IMG/VR virus record: IMGVR_UViG_3300005713_000010
Coordinates: 1 to 37,018 of that record
Length of the DNA: 37,018 nt
Direction: 5' to 3' (one strand)
From: a virus
Lineage: Duplodnaviria > Caudoviricetes
Shown here one piece after another: positions 30,501-36,578 of this stretch; within the stretch, counting starts at the first letter, position 1, and each line of letters opens with the position of its first letter. Under the pieces are notes generated by a model. It searched no databases, had not been told where the DNA came from, and saw only the letters and a list, made by a program, of their open reading frames with translations. The position numbers were made by a program, and so were the translations under genes.

Positions 30501-30619
30501 TCAAGCGCCATTTATCGAACCTGGGGAAAGAAGACTTCGAGGAAAAGATGATCGAAGAGATTGTGGAATCGGCGATGGAGACCGTTGAAAAGCGGAGAGA
30601 GAAGGAACAGGAGAAATAA
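24494..30619 (+). CDS. Giant polyvalent internal virion protein with zeta-toxin-like P-loop kinase and ParB-like (ddrB-ParB type) domains
   Basis: G/A-rich hydrophobic N-terminal segments; Walker A GGTGAGKT at 26897-26920 with IIMDGNL and RAEKRGRAVP; VRYEVRELADLQPSH...GPPII...VLGGNSR from about 27625; helical C-terminal third with hydrophobic G/A segments. Confidence 0.8.
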   Translation: MPQDQFDVDKFMRERRKPVAEKQPAATEGSFDVDTFMQERRQPTRPKPRAYIPPTERQEFGRRPPALDQGVSRFTFNRPSPAPQVLTPDQPGADFAAADIEQRRRGEAERRYRAQEKKPLLTQLGEQARTYIAEGGGTLSKMARQTAEAGAGVARGLQTGNFRPVPIESWRRFEAERNPELEAEVARYRPTAQQQIARGIISSAPVAGAAGLLTAATGGSLPAAMAVGGGLGAAGADWQDPRRALTQTAIGAVAPVLGGMAGQRIGGAVANRLTQPLAQAAARAGGEVLGGGAGNVLATGAEQLAFDRRLNVPELIKSGIVGGALSAPGAVGAASRRAEGARAMAPLVEGEVVPEVLPPTEPLARTPRGAIIAQPSTLYGRKLLPPASTQPLQYPEVPVTQEMPAIRRRITAENAPTAEIPSTSTEPEQIRPTARFPRAPIAPEQVRQTAELPRVARGPVAPETPPEPSLQPTRPIPRLPQATDENIQALRDRREELGRIAYDRRGDFTGDLRDEFDRLNSIIREYDLKRAPREIGEPPGQRPEKPMTPEERSRRRAALQQRTGPMPETLTEGRKITQEFQVPGGLKPSESFASREDARQGHFEQFDDAELIQEIGRLTEERNKGLRGQSKLSRAELEANNFDLKIAVEMQKERGYIQRQMGREAGERIATRAPGLPPKKVQPPRAEAAPPVAKFKAEDIPQAGEHGALDKTSLDIETRFRHYLADNFDEAVTRYREKFGKEINTDNARELSEDYARSDEARSLYSSAVHEPSSWFAKELYKLALKEKPKPGEEPMVLFTAGGTGAGKTSTLASSTKMDTAVRRSQIIMDGNLNNPKNAIQKINQALAAGKKVTVAAVYRDPIEAWVNGVLPRAEKRGRAVPVNVHIATHSEMRQSLIELAAHYANDPRVEIGFMDNTHGMNNARDANIDIFREISDTKALRERLVKETKEAYAKGRISQRVLAGSLGGGEVSPGAEEVGGRPAVSARVGQTAKLQPVPQGRPRPPDTARAAEDLRRGVPEPVAPGRRAGGDESTLTIPRGEDRPVRYEVRELADLQPSHDPFTFQKNPKYPYVNDRDYTSPANRTDVEENTKAGKFKPPLVINDDPTAAGGPPIIRDHGAVLGGNSRTMMIARIYKNHPQDAQKYKDLLTKKAAGFGIAPGELANFKEPVLVRVDQGAGDTQKLITGLNIMPGKAMTSTEAASARAKSMSVETLDFLASRLAAEGPEGTLANALEGAKGVRVINRLIEDGVIPAGERNRYLSDQGNLSPAAKTEIEQMLLGRVFRDQAQMKATPPEMRNKLVRVAPQLGKMAGTEWDITGLLPNAIEAARVAKEQKLDLEMLNRRGNLFGEGVRYSPEELAIAGHLKDKGPAQIEKVFKRYAAEFESARAGRGLFGEPPSQKEAFKDVFQPENGGHIMGGIFGGLQPLFKGARLPGRAEVSETVGGLQTAAQLGNPRFVIRNILQNFTYGKQERAATRLAASLDWAFSKFTGKPRQITQPGGSDLAAYVRNWRRAVRAYKAGQPLPGGATPLQHTASANKIDKAVTKLMTWINEIPDSANWQTRFDDSLISIVEASTKSKSKLNVTDAIDQATAEANRAALRDPNFASRALLLIKQGLNKASSPIFGTDQFGAGDFLVKYAQTPGALLKRGLERSPLGLFQVAKEAATPGPYRRRNTLLALSRVAEGAVTGVGLGAALGAAGVLIGPEEESKTTRTMEREEGVKGYSLNASALGRLMTGESTEMRTGDNLYSIDWLQPWAMNLSAGAALSSLYKQGKLGVGRSAEAAGQAVYDSLSKTLDIMGDQSVLKNMSRYLDKAQGETFSEKFLNFAKAVGLDVPSSFVPSSLRAARQVMDPFERDVRPEDRRGVGGFAKEAAGRALAQIPGISERFATRPSLLTGEARKTALGEMSVPARVAAQFSPANESTYTPRPVAREISRLNRAGEKVSVEFPRPKKGEMTSDLRVRERRFAQYFSRMSAELIQDDFYKEADNETKAAAFAGLKRHLSNLGKEDFEEKMIEEIVESAMETVEKRREKEQEK
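27279..27307 (+). promoter_or_regulatory. Putative internal sigma70-type promoter inside the giant gene
   Basis: TTGATA-N17-GATACT in a locally AT-rich patch, 43 bp before the nested ATG at 27351. Confidence 0.55.
27351..27653 (+). CDS. Nested +1-frame gene (100 aa), candidate antitoxin/immunity protein for the kinase domain
   Basis: AAGGA RBS 5 nt before ATG; hand-counted GC3 63/80 in this frame versus 33/80 in the host frame; charged helical product. Confidence 0.68.
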   Translation: MPKDESVNESSPVLSEEEKYRRALKKSEEGRPLARELARQLNYNLSHKVDPDRRIQPEPPKTSEEAFLSRLRQADELEGTNPPSPYPGEKTAPSGTKSGS

Positions 30620-30624
30620 CGAAG

Positions 30625-30657
30625 CGCGCCCACTTCTTGAAGCCGGAAGTGGGCGCG
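30625..30657. terminator. Stem-loop between convergent genes, likely terminator
   Basis: CGCGCCCACTTC-N9-GAAGTGGGCGCG perfect 12-bp stem; no long U tract. Confidence 0.65.
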
Positions 30658-30663
30658 AAAGAC

Positions 30664-30987
30664 TCAAACCTCATAACAAGAATGGCTCAATAATTGATAT
30701 TCGGTATAAAGCATAATGCCGTTACACCAGTGTTCGATGACTAAATAGTGATCCTGGCAACACAGGTTTCTGGCGTAATCACAATACGTCTCATAAACAT
30801 CATAATATTGCTCGTAGCACTGCGGAGTAGCGCTTGGGGTCGGATCGCCGCCGCCGCCCGGCCAATAGCATTTGAAGTCGGCCGGATCGGCTAGATCGAA
30901 CTGCGCCGAAGAATGGTTAACGGCGACGAGCGACAGCGTAATGAGCGTAAAAACGACAAGAATCTTTCCAGTAATATGCTTGTTCAT
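30664..30987 (-). CDS. Small secreted Cys/Tyr-rich protein (107 aa)
   Basis: Signal peptide ending SSA-Q; 7 Cys and 11 Tyr in the mature part; AGGAGG RBS; ATGA overlap. Confidence 0.75.
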   Translation of the reverse strand: MNKHITGKILVVFTLITLSLVAVNHSSAQFDLADPADFKCYWPGGGGDPTPSATPQCYEQYYDVYETYCDYARNLCCQDHYLVIEHWCNGIMLYTEYQLLSHSCYEV

Positions 30988-31787
30988 TTCGCCTCCTGTT
31001 TGAACGCTTGAAGGTTCATCTTCTGACGGGCGAAGGCCGCCTTGAAACTACCGACGCCGCCGGCCTTGTTCTGTGGCGATTTATTCAACACCATCGCGCG
31101 GATCTGCATGCCCCGGATCGTGTTCATATATCCCGCCGTCTGATTCCTATTAAAATTCGCCGGGACAGTCATTTTGAGTGAATCTAATTGTTGGGCGAAT
31201 TGTTCGGAAGACAACTGACTCTCACTGTCCAGCTTATTTATCATCTCAGTCATATTCGCCATCGCCGCCCTAACGCCGATTAATTGATCGCGCTGCGATT
31301 CCAATTTGATCTTGTCTCCTTCGCCCGTTCCGTCGGCGAATAGCGCCATCGAAATATTGGCCGGGTACGTCCGCGAACGCTCCTCGTATGTGAATTTTTT
31401 CAACGAGATCGAGACATGCGTCATTCGCAAGGCCGCGAGCGGTTGGCCGCTCGACAGGTCGGCGATGAATTTATCGCCCCTCTGAAAATCGATCTGATAG
31501 GCGATTATCGGCTTGACGCCGACGTTCCGGATTTCAATCCCCAAATATTCATTCTCGATTTTCTTCGATACGACCTCAATTGATGTGGTTTCATTGCGTA
31601 TTTCAATTCTTTCCACCGTCATCGCCTCGGCCTGATTCGCTGGCGAGCGCTTTAGATAATAATGGCGGCCGAAACCGACGCCGATGAAAACGATAGCCGC
31701 GGCAAGCAGGCCGGCGATCGCCTTGTGTAATAAATCGAAATTCGCGAACGCGGCGGCGGCGGATTTGATTTTATCGAAAGCCTTCAT
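30984..31787 (-). CDS. Membrane-anchored extracytoplasmic protein (267 aa)
   Basis: ATG at 31787 with GAGGAG RBS and ATGA overlap; one TM, then IRNVGVKPIIAY...ALFADGTGEGD beta domain and helical tail. Confidence 0.75.
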   Translation of the reverse strand: MKAFDKIKSAAAAFANFDLLHKAIAGLLAAAIVFIGVGFGRHYYLKRSPANQAEAMTVERIEIRNETTSIEVVSKKIENEYLGIEIRNVGVKPIIAYQIDFQRGDKFIADLSSGQPLAALRMTHVSISLKKFTYEERSRTYPANISMALFADGTGEGDKIKLESQRDQLIGVRAAMANMTEMINKLDSESQLSSEQFAQQLDSLKMTVPANFNRNQTAGYMNTIRGMQIRAMVLNKSPQNKAGGVGSFKAAFARQKMNLQAFKQEAK

Positions 31788-32173
31788 GTCCGCTCTCCTC
31801 TGGCGCCGCGCTCGATATAATTCTGGCCCGCCAACAGGACCGCCAACATCACCCCCAGGGCGAGGAGGACGCCCCACCAGAAAGTGTTAAACAGGATGGC
31901 GGTCAGGATTCCCAATAAACAAAAGCCGCAGAAAACGCGCCTCCGCCTCCGCCCATCAATTTTGAAAAACATAGTGTAGAAAACAATAAAAGCGCCGACC
32001 CATGCCACAGATAACGCCCACCGGATAAATTTCCATTCGCCGGTCTCTTCAAATATATCTCTCGACAAATTCTCCACGTAATGAAAGCTCAAAATAATGG
32101 CCATTCCGGTAAGGAGAAACAAAATTGTGGCGGGATACGCCTTTGGCTTACGATTTACAATTGGCTCCGGCAT
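31784..32173 (-). CDS. Four-TM membrane protein (129 aa), candidate immunity protein
   Basis: GAGGAGG RBS; four hydrophobic segments with an RRRRR loop. Confidence 0.75.
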   Translation of the reverse strand: MPEPIVNRKPKAYPATILFLLTGMAIILSFHYVENLSRDIFEETGEWKFIRWALSVAWVGAFIVFYTMFFKIDGRRRRRVFCGFCLLGILTAILFNTFWWGVLLALGVMLAVLLAGQNYIERGARGERT

Positions 32174-32243
32174 TGATTTATGTCCCTCCTCGATTTTGTT
32201 TTGAAAAATAGCGGATCGCTCCCACTCCTGGCGCCATCACGAG

Positions 32244-33824
32244 CTAGGGGATAATGCCTGCACAAACTTTCTTTGCCCTGACACTCCCTGAATACATCTT
32301 TGAGCAATTCTGAGAGACGTTATCCGAACATTTTCCGGGGATTGTACAAATACATTCCTTCAGTTCGGCATAAAGGGCGATGATAGTGGCAAAGGTCGCG
32401 ATCCAGGCGAACATCTGACAGGCGGCCAAGACTGCAAGACCCACCCCTGTCGCAGAGAGAATCCCATCACATGCTAACGCAATACCTGCCCCCCCGAAGA
32501 CGGCGGCGACCCCATAACCAATGTATTTCAATCTGCAAATCTTCAGTAATCCCGCTCCGCAAACAAAACAATCCGGGTGTGTCGGCGGAACTTGTGCGAC
32601 CTGGCTACATACTGCTCCTGATGTGGTGAAACCAGAAAATAATTTCAAGTCGGGTATCTCACTCGGCAAAATCTGACTGCCTCCCGGATCATCGAACCAT
32701 GCGCGCGACGAGGCGTCCAGGATCAGATCCAGATTCGGTTCGACGCCGCCCATATGAATTTGAATATCAGAAAAGTAATTTCCTGTTCCCGGATCTAAGG
32801 TGATGGGTGTATATGAATAGACGACATCCGGCGGAATTGGAACGTTCAAATCCCAGACTACAAATTGTTTAGTGACCGAGACATCATCAATCGTCATTTT
32901 ATAATGCCATAGCCCCTTCCAATCCTGACTCCACCAGTATCCGTTATTCCAGTTAAAGGCGCCGGCGGCGTCCGTATACCCCACGTCAAACTTGTCCCAA
33001 AAAACGCCGTTACGCCAACGCTCCACTTTGACCAATTTATTCGGCGGCGCGCCCGTGATTTGATTCACGGAGACGCCGTTAACCGGTACGACGAGAGGCG
33101 ATATGGTGTAGGTGAATAGGGGCTGAGCCAGAGCTTGAAAACCTACATTCGCAATAAAGTGATTTCCCGTTTCCTGATCATAAATATGGGCGCGCTTTAT
33201 GTAGCGAGCCGCATATTCGGGGAGGAATGGCCCCACGGTTTTTGTGAAATTCCCGTTGGCGTCTGTATATTCGCCATAGGCTTGATCATCTTCAATCAAT
33301 AATCCGTTAGTCCACTGTGACCATTTGATTAGCATATTCGGGGCCGCTCCGCTGATCGCGTAAGTGAGGTATTCACCGGGCGCGATAATTGGTTTATCCA
33401 CGGTGAGCTGTTCGGGGACGGCGCTTACTCGATATTCCATAAAGTCAAAAATCCCTGAGCCGCACCAGGATTGTTCCTGTAGCGCCACTTCCCATGTCCC
33501 CACCTCCGACGGCATAAGCGGACCGACCAATTTAACCCATTCGCCATTAGCGTCTGTAGTAATAGTTTCGGTTGGGCACATGCCGGGTGTCGGAATTCCG
33601 TTCTTAGCATATTTCAGCCAATAGGTCTTATTCGGCGGGAGGTCCGCTCCGCGAAAAAAGATATAACTGCCCACCTCAGTCACGCTTGGAGAAGCCCAGA
33701 AATGATGTGGCTCATATACGCTTTGCGCCTCGACTTTAGCCGAAGGGATTACGGAAACGGCCCAGATCATTATGAAGGAGATCGCGTGGGCGCAATACTG
33801 TCTGACAGAACGACGGGTTTTCAT
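32244..33824 (-). CDS. Secreted protein with three Ig-like repeats and a Cys-rich hydrophobic C-terminal domain
   Basis: ATG 33824 with AGGAG RBS; signal peptide to VEA-Q; three PN...NG...TDA(N/A)G repeats; 11 Cys around a hydrophobic hairpin. Confidence 0.78.
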   Translation of the reverse strand: MKTRRSVRQYCAHAISFIMIWAVSVIPSAKVEAQSVYEPHHFWASPSVTEVGSYIFFRGADLPPNKTYWLKYAKNGIPTPGMCPTETITTDANGEWVKLVGPLMPSEVGTWEVALQEQSWCGSGIFDFMEYRVSAVPEQLTVDKPIIAPGEYLTYAISGAAPNMLIKWSQWTNGLLIEDDQAYGEYTDANGNFTKTVGPFLPEYAARYIKRAHIYDQETGNHFIANVGFQALAQPLFTYTISPLVVPVNGVSVNQITGAPPNKLVKVERWRNGVFWDKFDVGYTDAAGAFNWNNGYWWSQDWKGLWHYKMTIDDVSVTKQFVVWDLNVPIPPDVVYSYTPITLDPGTGNYFSDIQIHMGGVEPNLDLILDASSRAWFDDPGGSQILPSEIPDLKLFSGFTTSGAVCSQVAQVPPTHPDCFVCGAGLLKICRLKYIGYGVAAVFGGAGIALACDGILSATGVGLAVLAACQMFAWIATFATIIALYAELKECICTIPGKCSDNVSQNCSKMYSGSVRAKKVCAGIIP

Positions 33825-33939
33825 CGCTTTAGTACTCCTGATTATGTGGGGCATACCTAGTCTGGAGAATTATGTCGCTATTACGTAAAGACGTATTACG
33901 CCGCCGCAGACGCCAAATGAATTCAGATTTAATGATTAA

Positions 33940-34049
33940 TGCCAGCGCGGGGAATCGAACCTCGCTTAAGAACGCCTGCCTTAACGCGGGCTGATTAGCC
34001 AGATTGGTAGCTACCCAACCCGTTTCAGCGCGCGCGGCGTCAGACTGGC
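33940..34049 (-). ncRNA. tRNA-like structured element (degenerate tRNA or tRNA mimic)
   Basis: GCGAGG-TTCGATT-CCCCGC T-arm, GCCAGT/GCTGGC-A acceptor-like stem, two internal hairpins; no canonical D or anticodon arm. Confidence 0.5.
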
Positions 34050-34069
34050 GATAGATATGCCGTGTAAAG

Positions 34070-34309
34070 CTATTTGGCCCTCTTCGTAAAAGTGACGCCG
34101 CCTCTTCCTGCCAAGAGATAGCCTTCCGCTGATGCGCAGTCGTCGCACAGAGCAAGAAACCCCTTGTCGTCTGGCCCATCGCTTATCCCGTTGCAACCGA
34201 AGCGAAAATTAGAGCAAAGCTTTGTCGGGTCTTCGGCTTGTTCTGAAGCGAAATTACCCGCCATGTCTCGGCAGTCTTTTAACTCACTCATATGTACTCT
34301 TGTTGTCAC
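34070..34309 (-). CDS. Small Cys-containing (possible Zn-finger) protein
   Basis: GGAGGTGAGGAA before GTG; C-x6-C...CxxC. Confidence 0.6.
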   Translation of the reverse strand: MTTRVHMSELKDCRDMAGNFASEQAEDPTKLCSNFRFGCNGISDGPDDKGFLALCDDCASAEGYLLAGRGGVTFTKRAK

Positions 34310-34354
34310 TTCCTCACCTCCAATCGTGTCGCCAGCGCTTCGAGCGCGGTGGGG

Positions 34355-34777
34355 TTATTTCTTTCCTTGATGGACAGGGCAGCGGAACTCTTGATTACGT
34401 AAGTCGGCAAGGTATTCGCCTTTGGGACTATAGAACGCGCCGCCGCCTGCGCTTTCCGTCAGATAGCCGCGAATATATCTCTTACAACCCTTCGCCGTGC
34501 AGGGTACCTTGATTATCTTTCGCTTCGGTGGCGGCGGTAAGTCGGGCTGAGTCTGCGTATCTCCTACCTCGTACTCGTATATGACAACCTTTCGCATCCC
34601 AAGCGCGATGAGAATCTTCGGCCCCGGCTCCCGCTTCCTTTTTAACAGGTCATTGATATAGCCCTGAGTGACGCCGAGTTTTTCAGCGCACTTAGCTTGC
34701 GAGCCAGTAACCTCAACCGCCATCTGCAAGGCTAGTAAAACGTCGTCTAAATCACATTGTTTTTTCATGTCCGACAT
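34355..34777 (-). CDS. Cro/XRE-type HTH protein with C-terminal Cys/His module
   Basis: SQAKCAEKLGVTQGYINDLLKRKREPG HTH; Pro linker; CTAKGC...CPVH. Confidence 0.72.
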   Translation of the reverse strand: MSDMKKQCDLDDVLLALQMAVEVTGSQAKCAEKLGVTQGYINDLLKRKREPGPKILIALGMRKVVIYEYEVGDTQTQPDLPPPPKRKIIKVPCTAKGCKRYIRGYLTESAGGGAFYSPKGEYLADLRNQEFRCPVHQGKK

Positions 34778-34827
34778 TCTAAAGGGAACTAGCTGAAGAG
34801 TTAAGACAAAACAGCGTTATAGCGGTT

Positions 34828-34855
34828 GCGTCCGATAACAGTTATTATGGTTTGG
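34828..34855 (+). other. dif/cer-like Xer recombination site
   Basis: GCGTCCGATAA-CAGTTA-TTATGGTTTGG: 11-6-11 layout with ATAA/TTAT inner arms, intergenic. Confidence 0.5.
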
Positions 34856-34885
34856 GCAGGGAATTTTCATCCGTTTCCAAAGGGT

Positions 34886-35164
34886 TTATCGCATTGGCAT
34901 TCTCAGCCAACCCCACAGACTTTTATTGCTTAGTTCTATGTCTTTTGCGTTATCGAGTAGCCACTTGCCGCGCTTATGCGAAATGCGCTTAGCCCGTCTA
35001 AACCCGTTGGCTCTAAATGGGACTCCTTTATCATCTAGGACTATATACCTATCCTCTCTCAGCATGTGAGAATAGAAGCCGACACACCAAGCGTCTTGCG
35101 GGTCGCCGTCGCTCCATTTGGTCGCCAGTACATAGTCACCCTGTGATAGTTCCGCTTTACTCAT
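34886..35164 (-). CDS. Hypothetical protein (92 aa)
   Basis: GDYVLATKWSDGDPQDAWCVGFY; beta-rich, possibly SH3-like. Confidence 0.65.
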   Translation of the reverse strand: MSKAELSQGDYVLATKWSDGDPQDAWCVGFYSHMLREDRYIVLDDKGVPFRANGFRRAKRISHKRGKWLLDNAKDIELSNKSLWGWLRMPMR

Positions 35165-35211
35165 GTTCGTCTTTCGCCATCAGCCGCCGCCACGCCCAGT
35201 CGCGCGCGGGT

Positions 35212-35367
35212 TTAATTGGCATTATCACTCCGCGCCGTCCCGTCCCCGGCGTCGCTTTCCGGCTGCTCCGACTCTTCGGCCTGTTCTTGAATGCACAAGT
35301 CAAGGTTGTGCAGAAACGCATTCAGGTCTCCCGCAATGATTGCCTCTATAAATTCTTGTTCGTTCAT
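35212..35367 (-). CDS. Small acidic protein (51 aa)
   Basis: ATG at 35367 after GAGGGGGA; MNEQEFIEAIIAGDL. Confidence 0.45.
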   Translation of the reverse strand: MNEQEFIEAIIAGDLNAFLHNLDLCIQEQAEESEQPESDAGDGTARSDNAN

Positions 35368-35425
35368 TCCCCCTCGCTTTCCGGCTGGCGCGCGTCGGGC
35401 GATAGCGCGGCTTGTGCAAAGTTTC

Positions 35426-36283
35426 CTATTCGGCGTCTTCCACAAGTTTTAGCTTAGCTTCCCCACGCATCGGGAACAACTCTTTATTTGTAGGTTCAAG
35501 ATTGGTGAGATGCTCGTTGTTTAGGAAGGCATGCAAGGCCGATTCGGTTATTCTGTAGATTTCCCTATCGAGGCTGCCCCCCCTCATTCTAAGCTGTACA
35601 AGGTAATCTCTCAGTATGATCGTTCCTTGATCTCTTTTTCTTCCACGACTCATGCCGGAATAGAGAATATCGGCGAATTGTTGGATCAAGTTTTCATCAT
35701 AGGTCTCCAAGGCCCGCGCCATCGGTGCGAGGACCGGTGACATCGTTACATGACGCTTCTTGGTAGGGAACATGTCACATATGATCTTCGCCTTTTTCTC
35801 ATGCTTCTTGTATGCATGTACGATCTCGCTCATAGTAGGCCGTCGTGGAAAAATACTGGACATCATCTGTCGAACGATGGCCACATCCCAGGGGGTGGCG
35901 TCATATCCGAGAAGTTTTAGAACGTCGTGTGGGTGGCGAGGAATGCCGGTGTCTACGACCATGCGTACTTCCGGGTCGAGGCCGAGCACAATTAATGTCT
36001 TGATTGATTGTCCGGATTGGCTGATCATCTCAAGCCTGTGTTGGCCATCCACCAATTCCCCATTCCAATCAAAGGCGACGGCTTCATGAGTGGTCAGCCA
36101 TAGATTGTTTCCTCTGTCCCTAATGTATTTTTCTATGGTGCCGATCCGTTTTTTGCGATTGACATGGTTGTGATTTTCCAACCAGAATTTGGCCTGTAAG
36201 GAAGTGACCTCAGCAAAAAAGGCATGGAGGATTTTCGTTTTAAGGACTAATCCTGCGACTGATAGAGTTTCGGTTTTCGCCAT
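35426..36283 (-). CDS. ParB/Srx N-terminal-domain-like protein (285 aa)
   Basis: NRKKR, HEAVAFDWNGELVDGQHRL and DTGIPR motifs; GAAGG RBS. Confidence 0.72.
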   Translation of the reverse strand: MAKTETLSVAGLVLKTKILHAFFAEVTSLQAKFWLENHNHVNRKKRIGTIEKYIRDRGNNLWLTTHEAVAFDWNGELVDGQHRLEMISQSGQSIKTLIVLGLDPEVRMVVDTGIPRHPHDVLKLLGYDATPWDVAIVRQMMSSIFPRRPTMSEIVHAYKKHEKKAKIICDMFPTKKRHVTMSPVLAPMARALETYDENLIQQFADILYSGMSRGRKRDQGTIILRDYLVQLRMRGGSLDREIYRITESALHAFLNNEHLTNLEPTNKELFPMRGEAKLKLVEDAE

Positions 36284-36310
36284 AATTACCTTCTTTCTTT
36301 TGTTCCAGAT

Positions 36311-36324
36311 TTGACAGTGGTCAA
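36311..36324. promoter_or_regulatory. Palindromic operator-like site upstream of the ParB-like gene
   Basis: TTGAC-AGTG-GTCAA in a short intergenic gap. Confidence 0.35.
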
Positions 36325-36332
36325 TTCCCTGC

Positions 36333-36578
36333 TCACTCGGCTATTTCGACCTCCCCCTCGGCCACACGTGGCAAATAGGCCAGGTTGTCGGCCTGTCTTT
36401 GCGTAACCTCGATGACGCTATCGATCAGTGGCAAGATCCGTGCGCAATCCCCTTCCTGGCCACGTGTGGCAAGCCACTTGATTTCGTAAAAGACGCAAGG
36501 CACATGCTCAAGCTCGAATGCCGGCCCGAAGGGCGCTCGCCGTATGGGTTTCGATGAGTTGTTTTTTGAAGCTTTCAT
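36333..36578 (-). CDS. Hypothetical protein (81 aa)
   Basis: ATG 36578 with GGGAG RBS; overlaps the upstream gene end. Confidence 0.5.
   Translation of the reverse strand: MKASKNNSSKPIRRAPFGPAFELEHVPCVFYEIKWLATRGQEGDCARILPLIDSVIEVTQRQADNLAYLPRVAEGEVEIAE

Noticed and set aside
24494-30619. Tape measure protein
   Set aside because: No tail tube or tail chaperone genes recognised; it contains enzyme-like domains and lies in the podoviral ejection-gene position.
33940-34049. Canonical tRNA gene or att-site duplication
   Set aside because: No D arm or 7-nt anticodon loop in the right place, and no second copy of the 3' end was seen at the other side of the cassette.
33829-34196. Minus-strand ORFs 33829-34179 and 34011-34196
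   Set aside because: They overlap the better-supported 34070-34309 gene and the structured RNA, and lack an RBS.
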